Source: Deltaproteobacteria bacterium
Lineage (GTDB): Bacteria > Desulfobacterota > Syntrophia > Syntrophales > JAFGHS01
Direction: 5' to 3'
Length of the DNA: 64,000 bases
Assembly: GCA_016928025.1 (NCBI GenBank)
Contig: JAFGLN010000014.1
Location: forward strand, 65,391-129,390
Positions within the stretch are counted from its first letter, which is position 1. Each line of letters starts with the position of its first letter. Under the pieces are notes generated by a model. That model was not told the DNA's origin, did not search any database, and was given only the letters and a program-made list of their open reading frames with translations. Positions 25,771 through 33,456 of this stretch are shown piece after piece. The position numbers were made by a program, and so were the translations under genes.

Positions 25771-26754
25771 TTACTTCCATAATTTTCTATGCCAATTCCA
25801 TGCCGTTTTTACGATTGTATCGATATCCGCATAGTGAGGCTTCCAGCCCAGGACCTCGCGTGCCTTATCGGCACTGCCAACCAGAACGTGCGGATCGCCG
25901 GCCCTCCGTGCCTCGTAAGTCACGGGAATATCACGGCCCGTGACGCTATGGACGCATTCGATGATTTCTTTGACGGAGTGGCCGTGGCCGTTGCCGAGGT
26001 TGAAGGCGCCTGAGGTGCCGCCTGACTGTAGGTATTCGAGGGCCAGGTAATGGGCCTGGGCCAAGTCTGTCACATGGATGTAATCCCGAATGCATGTCCT
26101 ATCCGGTGTCGAATAGTCCGTACCGAAGACACTGATAGCAGGACGCTTTCCGATGGCCGCGTCAAGAACAAGGGGGATGAGGTGCGTTTCCGGATCGTGC
26201 CATTCGCCGATTTCTCCCTCCGGATCGGCACCGGCGGCATTGAAATAACGAAGGGCGCACCAGGATAATCCGTAGGCCCTTTCGTAGTCCGCAAGCATCC
26301 GTTCAATGATTAATTTAGTCATTCCATAGGGGTTGATCGGTTCCTGGGGATGGGATTCGGAAATGGGAATTTCTTGCGGCATGCCATAGGTGGCGCAGGT
26401 TGATGAGAATACAAGCATCTTGACGCCGGCAGACCGCATGGCATCCAGGAGATTCAGCGCACCGATCACGTTATTTCGGTAGTACCTGGCTGGATCGGTT
26501 ACTGACTCCCCAACGTAAGTATAGGCGGCAAAGTGCATGACCGCCTGAATGTTGTAATCGGTAAACACACGCTCCAATGTTGTCCGGTCGGCCAAATCCG
26601 CCGGGATGAAATCGTCCGACCAGTTAATAAATTCCCGATGGCCGTATGTAAGATTATCAAAAACAATAGTCGGCTTGCCCTGTGATGCCAGGTATTTAAC
26701 GGTGTGGCTGCCGATATAGCCGGCCCCGCCGGTCACTAGTATATATTCCTTCAT
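25771..26754 (-). CDS. galE: UDP-glucose 4-epimerase
   Basis: The protein is 327 aa. 'ILVTGGAGYIGSH', 'YGMTKLIIERML' (YxxxK) and 'LRYFNAAGADP' are diagnostic of GalE. Confidence 0.93.
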   Translation of the reverse strand: MKEYILVTGGAGYIGSHTVKYLASQGKPTIVFDNLTYGHREFINWSDDFIPADLADRTTLERVFTDYNIQAVMHFAAYTYVGESVTDPARYYRNNVIGALNLLDAMRSAGVKMLVFSSTCATYGMPQEIPISESHPQEPINPYGMTKLIIERMLADYERAYGLSWCALRYFNAAGADPEGEIGEWHDPETHLIPLVLDAAIGKRPAISVFGTDYSTPDRTCIRDYIHVTDLAQAHYLALEYLQSGGTSGAFNLGNGHGHSVKEIIECVHSVTGRDIPVTYEARRAGDPHVLVGSADKAREVLGWKPHYADIDTIVKTAWNWHRKLWK

Positions 26755-27013
26755 CTTTCCTGTTTCTCAACACCCTCTAAGTGTTCGATTCATCGGGCCG
26801 TGTCATGGTACGTCCTATTAATTGTTTTAAATGCTTCGGATATTTAAACGTATCCCCTATACCCTCTTTTCAGGTAATATTCAATCATGAAAATTGCTGA
26901 AATAACTACGAAATAGCTAATCGCTTGCCGTGCCGCTAATTAAGGTTGATTTACTTTAACAGCTTGCTATACTTAAAAACAATGTTCATGCGTAATAAGA
27001 AATCATCCAGGAC

Positions 27014-27036
27014 GCCATCAATCAATGATTGATGGC
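27014..27036. promoter_or_regulatory. perfect 10-bp-arm palindrome (candidate operator)
   Basis: The sequence is gccatcaatc-aat-gattgatggc. An extra half-site, ggattgat, follows at 27039-27046. The palindrome lies about 40 nt upstream of the DUF3300 gene start, in the divergent galE/DUF3300 region. Confidence 0.45.
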
Positions 27037-27072
27037 ATGGATTGATTAAAACATCCGCATGGAGGTGTCGTT

Positions 27073-28344
27073 ATGAACAATCGATATATAAAAAGATTTC
27101 TTGTATTTGCGGCTATGGTTGTTTTTTTATGGCCCTGGTTCGTAAATGCAAAAAAGGAGTCATATTCAACGTTCAGCCACAAAGAACTGGTCCAGATGAT
27201 CGCACCGGTTGCCCTCTATCCCGATCCACTGCTCTCACAGCTGTTGATTGCCGCTTCTTATCCTTATGAAGTGGTGGAAGCGGAGCGGTGGCTCTCTGAC
27301 AATCCGTACCTGACCGGCCAAGCCCTGGACGAGGCCCTGAGGCAAAAAAACTGGGATATCAGCATCGCTTCTCTGTGCCATTATCCCAAAATCCTGACCA
27401 TGATGGCGGGCCACCTGACATGGACCGCAAAGCTCGGCGACGCCTTCGTCTATCAGGAGCAGGAAGTCATGGAGACGGTCCAGGAACTGCGCGCCAAAGC
27501 CCTGGCGCAAGGCAATCTGGCAACGACGTCCGAACAGCAGGTTATTATTGAGGGGAATATTATCCGCATCGAACCGGCCCATGAAGATTATGTCTATGTT
27601 CCCGTGTATGATCCTTACACAATATACGGTTCCTGGCATTATCCGACCCATCCGCCGTTTGTGATCTATTATCCCGGTTATACGCTGATCGGATCACGTA
27701 TCGTCTTTTCTCCGGGCCTCTATATCGGTTTCGGCTTTTTCGGCTGGAGCAGTTTCAACTGGATAAACCGTACCGTCGTGGTTGTCGATATCGACAGGAG
27801 GAAGCATTACGACCGGCATGCCCATGCGCATAGGAGCGCTCCGCGGATTCCCTGGCGGCCCGACCGGCAAAAAAGGATTGAACACCGGTATCGGGCGCCT
27901 TTGCCGTCTCCCGCTCGTCCTCCCAGTATGCCACCACCAAAGGTCCACGAGAGGAAGGTCATTAAGGGGAGACCTGCGGCGCCGTCCGTTGTTAAACCGG
28001 CTCCGGTCCCGCCACGGTCAAAAGAACGACAGCCTGATATCAGGCGACACACACCGGTCAAGCCTGTACCGCCGCAGAGCAAACCGCCTGTTATTCAACG
28101 GGACAAATCCACCCCAGCGCCTGGTAGAAGCGCTGCACCACCACCGACCCCCAAAACGGGTGGATTCATGGACAAGTTAAGAAGGGACGTCATTAAAAGG
28201 GATGCCGAACGACGGGAGAATAGGACTTTCCAACCTCCTTCCCGTGGTACCGACCGTAAGGAAAAATCATGGCGCGACGAGAAACGTGATGAAGAAAAGG
28301 AGCTGGTTCCTCAAGCGGGAGAACGACGCGGGAAGAAACAATAA
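27073..28344 (+). CDS. DUF3300-family secreted protein with a Pro/Lys/Arg-rich C-terminal half
   Basis: A signal peptide 'MNNRYIKRFLVFAAMVVFLWPWFVNA' is followed by the DUF3300-type segment 'LVQMIAPVALYPDPLLSQLLIAASYPYEVVEAERWL'. The C-terminus is low complexity. GGAGG precedes the ATG. Confidence 0.8.
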   Translation: MNNRYIKRFLVFAAMVVFLWPWFVNAKKESYSTFSHKELVQMIAPVALYPDPLLSQLLIAASYPYEVVEAERWLSDNPYLTGQALDEALRQKNWDISIASLCHYPKILTMMAGHLTWTAKLGDAFVYQEQEVMETVQELRAKALAQGNLATTSEQQVIIEGNIIRIEPAHEDYVYVPVYDPYTIYGSWHYPTHPPFVIYYPGYTLIGSRIVFSPGLYIGFGFFGWSSFNWINRTVVVVDIDRRKHYDRHAHAHRSAPRIPWRPDRQKRIEHRYRAPLPSPARPPSMPPPKVHERKVIKGRPAAPSVVKPAPVPPRSKERQPDIRRHTPVKPVPPQSKPPVIQRDKSTPAPGRSAAPPPTPKTGGFMDKLRRDVIKRDAERRENRTFQPPSRGTDRKEKSWRDEKRDEEKELVPQAGERRGKKQ

Positions 28345-28426
28345 TTTTCGTAAAGGTTCTGATGTGCCCGGGGGATGAAACCATTCGGCCAGTGGATGCC
28401 ATTGTCAAGAAAGCGGCGACTGTATA

Positions 28427-29821
28427 GTGAAAGAGTTAATCATAACCCTGTCATCCGATGCCCTTTTAACAAGCGACTGCCCGGAGCTTCTCAAGGCCGT
28501 TACCGAGACATTGACGTTCATCAATCCCCTATGGATCGAAAACAAAAAGATGAAGCGCTGGCAGGGCAATACGCGCCGTCTGATCCAGTGTTACAGGCGG
28601 ACCAGGCAAGGGCTGTCCGTCCCCCGGGGTTTCATGGGTCAACTGATCTCCATGGCGAAGAGCTTCAGTGTCCCCTACCGCATCATCGACCAACGCCGGT
28701 CCCTTCCGGATACCTTTTATCGATTTGATGGATTCTTGAAGCCTTTTCAGCGCCATGCCGTTGATGTCATGTTGAAAAAAGATTTCGGCATCCTGGCGGC
28801 GCCGACGGGATCGGGCAAAACGGTGATGGCCCTGGCCATGATCGCGGAGCGGAAACAGCCGGTCCTGATCATCGTCCACTCCAAGGAGTTGTTGAACCAA
28901 TGGATCGACCGCATATCAGCTTTTCTGGCCATACCGGAAAAAGATATCGGGATCATGGGCGCCGGAAAAAAGACGATCGGGAATCAAATTACCGTCGGGA
29001 TCGTTAACACCATCTATCAGGTGGCCGATGAGATAAAGGATCGCATCGGATTTCTCGTTGTCGACGAATGCCACCGGACCCCGGCGCGGACATTTACCGA
29101 GGCCGTGTCCGCCTTCGACTGCAAATACATGCTCGGGCTGTCGGCCACACCCTGGCGGCGGGACAATCTGACAAATCTCATTTACTGGTATATGGGCGAT
29201 TTACACCACAAGATCGATCAGGCCGGTCTTATCGAATCAGGCGATATCCTCCAGGTGGAAGTCATCACACGGGAAACGGCGTTCATTCCCACGTACGATC
29301 CCATAGAAGAATACACCACCATGCTGTCCGAATTGACGGAAGATAAAGTTCGAAACGCTTTGATCGCGGGGGATATCGTTAATGAGGCAAAAAAAGGCGA
29401 CGGCGTCTGCCTGATTCTCACGGATCGAAAAGAGCACTGCCGCGCTTTGGCCCAAATGATCGGCGCTCAGGGCATAGAGGCCGACATCCTGACCGGTGAT
29501 CTGGCGGACAGTGAACGGCAGGACATCATCGAAAGGCTGAATAAAGGCAGGATCAGCGTGCTGATCGCCACGGGTCAATTGATCGGCGAGGGCTTCGACT
29601 GCAGCGCCCTGTCCACCCTTTTTCTCACAACACCCGTCAAATTCGACGGGCGGCTCCTTCAATATCTGGGCCGCGTCTTAAGACCGGGACCGGGGCGCGA
29701 CAAGGCCAGGGTCTACGATTATGTCGATGTGAACGTCGGTCCCCTGAAAGCCCAGGCCCGTTCAAGGGCACGGGTGTACACGCAAATGTCAAACCCGCCT
29801 ATGCTACCTCACAAGATTTGA
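28427..29821 (+). CDS. superfamily-2 DEAD/DEAH-box helicase (XPB/Rad25/type III res-like)
   Basis: The gene has a GTG start and encodes 464 aa. Motifs are Walker A 'AAPTGSGKT', motif II 'VVDECH', motif III 'GLSATP' and motif VI-like 'QYLGRVLR'. The N-terminal domain of about 95 aa is unassigned. Confidence 0.85.
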   Translation: MKELIITLSSDALLTSDCPELLKAVTETLTFINPLWIENKKMKRWQGNTRRLIQCYRRTRQGLSVPRGFMGQLISMAKSFSVPYRIIDQRRSLPDTFYRFDGFLKPFQRHAVDVMLKKDFGILAAPTGSGKTVMALAMIAERKQPVLIIVHSKELLNQWIDRISAFLAIPEKDIGIMGAGKKTIGNQITVGIVNTIYQVADEIKDRIGFLVVDECHRTPARTFTEAVSAFDCKYMLGLSATPWRRDNLTNLIYWYMGDLHHKIDQAGLIESGDILQVEVITRETAFIPTYDPIEEYTTMLSELTEDKVRNALIAGDIVNEAKKGDGVCLILTDRKEHCRALAQMIGAQGIEADILTGDLADSERQDIIERLNKGRISVLIATGQLIGEGFDCSALSTLFLTTPVKFDGRLLQYLGRVLRPGPGRDKARVYDYVDVNVGPLKAQARSRARVYTQMSNPPMLPHKI

Positions 29822-31111
29822 AAGCACCAGCACCGTCCAGTAGGGAAACAGCATGAGCAACACAATCGCGATGATATAAGACGGAATATAGTAGAAACTC
29901 CCCCGGAAGACGGTTCCCAGGGGAATGTCCTTCGCCATACCCGCCACCACATAACAGCAGATGCCGATGGGCGGCATGATAGACCCCATGGTCGTCACGA
30001 TGGTAATCACCTGTCCGAACCAGATGGGATCGTAGCCCATGGCCATGACGATGGGATAGAAAATCGGCAGGGAAACGAGCAGAAACGCCAGGGCGTCCAT
30101 GATGCAGCCGCCGATGACATAACACAAAAGAATGGCACACAGAAGCATCCAGTTAGACAGCCCCAGTGAACTGATCCAGGTGGCCGCCTCGAAGGGCAGG
30201 CGGGTCAGGGTCAGAAAACGGCCGAAGATGATGGCGCCGGCGATGATCATGAAGACCATGCAGGAAATCCTCAGTGTATCCTTGATCGACGCGATGAATC
30301 CTTCCCAGGTCAGTTTCCTTCTCAACAGACAAATAATGAGTCCCAACGTGCAGCTTACGGCGGCGGCCTCTGTCGCCGTCACGACGCCTGTAAACAGGGC
30401 GTACATGATGATGCCGAACAGCAAAAGAATGTCCAGCGCCTCCGGTAGGGCTTGAAACCGCTCCCGCCAAGTGCTTTTATCGCCTTTGGGACCCCAGCTC
30501 GGGTTCCGGTAGCAGATGAAAAAGACCGTTGCCGCAATGAGCACCGTAAGGATAACACTGGGGATGACATTGCCGAAGAAAAGCTTGCCGATGGACTGGC
30601 CGGTATACAGGCCGTAGACGACCAGAACGATGCTTGGCGGAATGAGGACACCGAGCGTCGCGCCCGCTGCCACGGACCCGGCGTTGAGCATGGGATGGTA
30701 GCCGTATTTTTTCATGGAGGGAATGGCCACCGTGCTCATGGTGGCGGCGGTGGCCGTGTTGGAGCCGCTGATGGCGGAAAAAGCCGCCGAGGCCATGATG
30801 GTCGTAATGGCCAGGCCGCCCCGGTAATGGCCGAACCACCGATGGGTGGCGAAATAGAGACTGTCGTTGTAGCCCGCATAATGGATGAATTCGCCCACCA
30901 GGATGAACATGGGGATGACCGTCAGGCCATAGCTGGAAAAGATATTCCAGAGTTCCGCGCCGATCATCCCGCAGGCCGCCGGAATGGACGTGACATAGGC
31001 GATGCCGCAGAAGCCCACAATGGCCATCGTAAAGCCCGCCGGAATTCTGAGAAGAAACAGAACGGCGAACATGATCCCGATGCCGTAGACCCCGATCATG
31101 GCCTCGTTCAT
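29804..31111 (-). CDS. dctM: TRAP transporter large permease
   Basis: The protein is 435 aa, polytopic and DctM-like. Its ATG overlaps the dctQ stop (ATGA at 31111-31108). Confidence 0.92.
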   Translation of the reverse strand: MNEAMIGVYGIGIMFAVLFLLRIPAGFTMAIVGFCGIAYVTSIPAACGMIGAELWNIFSSYGLTVIPMFILVGEFIHYAGYNDSLYFATHRWFGHYRGGLAITTIMASAAFSAISGSNTATAATMSTVAIPSMKKYGYHPMLNAGSVAAGATLGVLIPPSIVLVVYGLYTGQSIGKLFFGNVIPSVILTVLIAATVFFICYRNPSWGPKGDKSTWRERFQALPEALDILLLFGIIMYALFTGVVTATEAAAVSCTLGLIICLLRRKLTWEGFIASIKDTLRISCMVFMIIAGAIIFGRFLTLTRLPFEAATWISSLGLSNWMLLCAILLCYVIGGCIMDALAFLLVSLPIFYPIVMAMGYDPIWFGQVITIVTTMGSIMPPIGICCYVVAGMAKDIPLGTVFRGSFYYIPSYIIAIVLLMLFPYWTVLVLSNLVR

Positions 31112-31620
31112 ATGGCAGCCTTCCTTTCCCCGTTTCCGCCGTTGTGCAAGGACTTCAGGAAATCAATGGCACCGGCAAGGGCGAGAATGGCAAATCCCAG
31201 AGCGACGCCGTAAACGAAGGGATGATAGATAATTTTCAAGGTTTCCGAAAGCTCCCCCGATTCGCTGATTTTCATGCCCCACAGGAAGGTCTGCCGGGAA
31301 ACAATTACAAAAAAGACACAGATGACGAAATAGGAAATGGTGTTCAAGATCCGCTTGATACCCGGCGGAAACTTTGCCGAAAGGATATCGACGACGATAT
31401 GATCCCGGTTTCTCTGGGTGTAGCCGAGGGCCGACGCCGTGACGACGGCCCCCAGAAATGAAATGATTTCATAGGACCCGCTGAAAGGGAGGTGGAAAAT
31501 TCGCATGGCGACATTCGCCGTGGCCAGGATCATGAGGACCAGCATGGAGACGCCGCCCGCGATCATCATCGCTTTATTAAGCAGTAAATCGAATCGGTCT
31601 AAATATTTCATGCTAAACAC
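31108..31620 (-). CDS. dctQ: TRAP transporter small permease
   Basis: The protein is 170 aa with 4 TM segments. It lies between the dctP-like and dctM-like genes and starts immediately after the dctP stop. Confidence 0.88.
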   Translation of the reverse strand: MFSMKYLDRFDLLLNKAMMIAGGVSMLVLMILATANVAMRIFHLPFSGSYEIISFLGAVVTASALGYTQRNRDHIVVDILSAKFPPGIKRILNTISYFVICVFFVIVSRQTFLWGMKISESGELSETLKIIYHPFVYGVALGFAILALAGAIDFLKSLHNGGNGERKAAI

Positions 31621-32649
31621 TTATTGATATTTCTTCTCATACTTTGCCTTCAAACTGTATACGTCTTTCATGATCTGTTCGCCCGGAAGGCCCTGCGTCG
31701 TCACCTTCTTGACATAATCCTGAATCATGGGATTCAGGAGCTTCGCGATCTTCGCTTTTTCTTTTTTCGGCAGCGTAATGAGTTCGTGGTTGTACTTTTC
31801 TTTTGACCAGACCAGGGCTTCCTTGACATGGTCTTCAACATAGGTTCCCGTCCAGAGGGCCTGCTCGACCCGCAGTTCGTCGATGACCTTTCTGACATCC
31901 GCCGGCAGGGCGTTATATTTATCCTTGTTCATGACGACGGCAAACGAGACGACAAACAGGTTGGCGTCCGTGGCGTAAGGACAATAAGCGGCAAAGTTGA
32001 AGTCCTTCAGAATCTCCATGGAAGAGACCATCCCCTTCACGACACCCTTCTGAATGGCCTCCGGCGTCTCCGACTGGGGCATGGCGACCGGGACGCCGCC
32101 CAGCATTTTGATCATCTGCGCGCCCGTTCCCGAAACACGCAGCTCCATGCCTTTAAGATCTTTGAGCGACCGGATGGGACGGCTGGTCATGAAATCCGTG
32201 GGAGGACAGGTAAAGACCGTGAGAACCTTGACTTTCTCGAACTCCTTCGGCTGGTATTTTTCAATGAGATCGAAAAGGACGAGGCTGGCCACCTTCGCGT
32301 TTTTGAAACCCACGGGCAAATCGACGGCCTCGGAAATGGGGAAGCGGCCCGGCTGGTAGCTCATGGCAAAGTTGCCGATATCGGCCGTCCCGGAGATGAC
32401 GCCGTCAAAAATGTTTTTGGCCGCGAGCAGCGTTGAACCGGGAAACGTTTGAACAACGACGGCCCCATTGGTTCTCTTCTCCACTTCCTTGGCCCAGCGT
32501 TCCATCTGGACACAGGGGAACGTCGAGGCCGGGGGAAAGTTGGCGTACGTTAATTTGATGGGGGCCGCATTCACGGATAAGGGTAACGCCGCGACGGCAA
32601 CCAGAAGCGCCAGGAGCACGACAACGGTTCTACAAAAATACTTTTTCAT
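31621..32649 (-). CDS. dctP: TRAP transporter substrate-binding protein (DctP family)
   Basis: The protein is 342 aa with a signal peptide ('LLALLVAVAALPLSVNA') and a DctP-type fold. AAGGGAGG precedes the ATG. Confidence 0.9.
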   Translation of the reverse strand: MKKYFCRTVVVLLALLVAVAALPLSVNAAPIKLTYANFPPASTFPCVQMERWAKEVEKRTNGAVVVQTFPGSTLLAAKNIFDGVISGTADIGNFAMSYQPGRFPISEAVDLPVGFKNAKVASLVLFDLIEKYQPKEFEKVKVLTVFTCPPTDFMTSRPIRSLKDLKGMELRVSGTGAQMIKMLGGVPVAMPQSETPEAIQKGVVKGMVSSMEILKDFNFAAYCPYATDANLFVVSFAVVMNKDKYNALPADVRKVIDELRVEQALWTGTYVEDHVKEALVWSKEKYNHELITLPKKEKAKIAKLLNPMIQDYVKKVTTQGLPGEQIMKDVYSLKAKYEKKYQ

Positions 32650-32711
32650 AAATAAAACCTCCCTTTAATAATATTCAACCTCATGATTTCTTGAGGATTT
32701 TGCAAGGCATT

Positions 32712-32780
32712 AACATCCCCCTTTAGAAAAGGGGAAGCTATAATTCGATCCCCTCTTTATAAAGGGGGGTTGGGGGGATT
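32712..32780. repeat. family A palindromic repeat, 2 units, in the iorB-dctP intercistronic gap
   Basis: The two cores are ccccctttagaaaagggg (32717-32734) and cccctctttataaagggggg (32750-32769), followed by ttggggggatta. The terminal signature is the same as the mtaB array (aaaggggggtaaggggggatt). The repeat abuts the iorB stop at 32779-32781. Confidence 0.8.
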
Positions 32781-33309
32781 ATTTTTGTGTGGTACCGTTA
32801 ACCCCCAACCCCAACCTGAAAGCCTTGAGATTAAGTTCCAATTGCTTCGGTTGAGAAATCCGCCGGATGACATTTTTCATCAATTCCGCTGTACAGAAGA
32901 GGCTGTCCGTCTGAACGGCGTATCCGATAAGGACCAGATTGGCCACCACGACCGCCCCGGCGTCTTTCGCCAGGGTTGTGGCATCGCAATGCTCATAATC
33001 ACCGGATGAAGCCGTGTTGACAAAAATCCGCCCCTCTTTCGTCATCAGATCCCGGTGGACACCCAGATTCGCCGGAGTGAGAAACAGGCCGACATCCGCC
33101 TGGCCTCGCCGAATCAGAGGGCTCTTGAACGCGCCGATTTTGATGTGGGATACGACGGTCCCCCCTCGCATGGCCATGCCGTGACTCTCAGAAGTCAAAA
33201 CATTAAGCCCCGCCTCCATAGACGCTTCGGCAATGACCCGGGTCGCAAAGACAACCCCCTGACCGCCGACGCCGCTTACGATAATCTGTTGTTTTATGTT
33301 TTTCATCAT
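32779..33309 (-). CDS. iorB: indolepyruvate:ferredoxin oxidoreductase subunit beta
   Basis: The protein is 176 aa. 'IIVSGVGGQGVVFATRVIAEA' and 'SESHGMAMRGGTVVSHIKIG' are typical of the IorB / 2-oxoacid:Fd oxidoreductase gamma family. It lies downstream of iorA. Confidence 0.9.
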   Translation of the reverse strand: MMKNIKQQIIVSGVGGQGVVFATRVIAEASMEAGLNVLTSESHGMAMRGGTVVSHIKIGAFKSPLIRRGQADVGLFLTPANLGVHRDLMTKEGRIFVNTASSGDYEHCDATTLAKDAGAVVVANLVLIGYAVQTDSLFCTAELMKNVIRRISQPKQLELNLKAFRLGLGVNGTTQK

Positions 33310-33384
33310 CTATTTTATTTCTCTTTCGCTATATTCCGATACCCTCGTGATAACTCAACAAGGTATGAAAAGCACATTCAATGT

Positions 33385-33456
33385 GTAACGAGTGATAACG
33401 ATTGAACATAAATTAAATACAAGTCACTCGTTACTTGTTACTCGTCACCTGTCACT
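33385..33456. repeat. family B hairpin repeat (GTAACGAGTGA ... TCACTCGTTAC + TTGTTACTCGTCACCTGTCACT tail)
   Basis: It has perfect 11-bp arms (33385-33395 and 33424-33434) and a loop containing aattaaatac. The tail overlaps the iorA stop. A second copy lies at 46699-46781. Confidence 0.75.

Noticed and set aside
29804-29821. There is an 18-bp overlap between the convergent 3' ends of the helicase gene and dctM. The 3' ends at 13296/13297 also abut with no gap.
   Set aside because: Short convergent overlaps are common in compact bacterial genomes. No hairpin or other signal is visible at either site.
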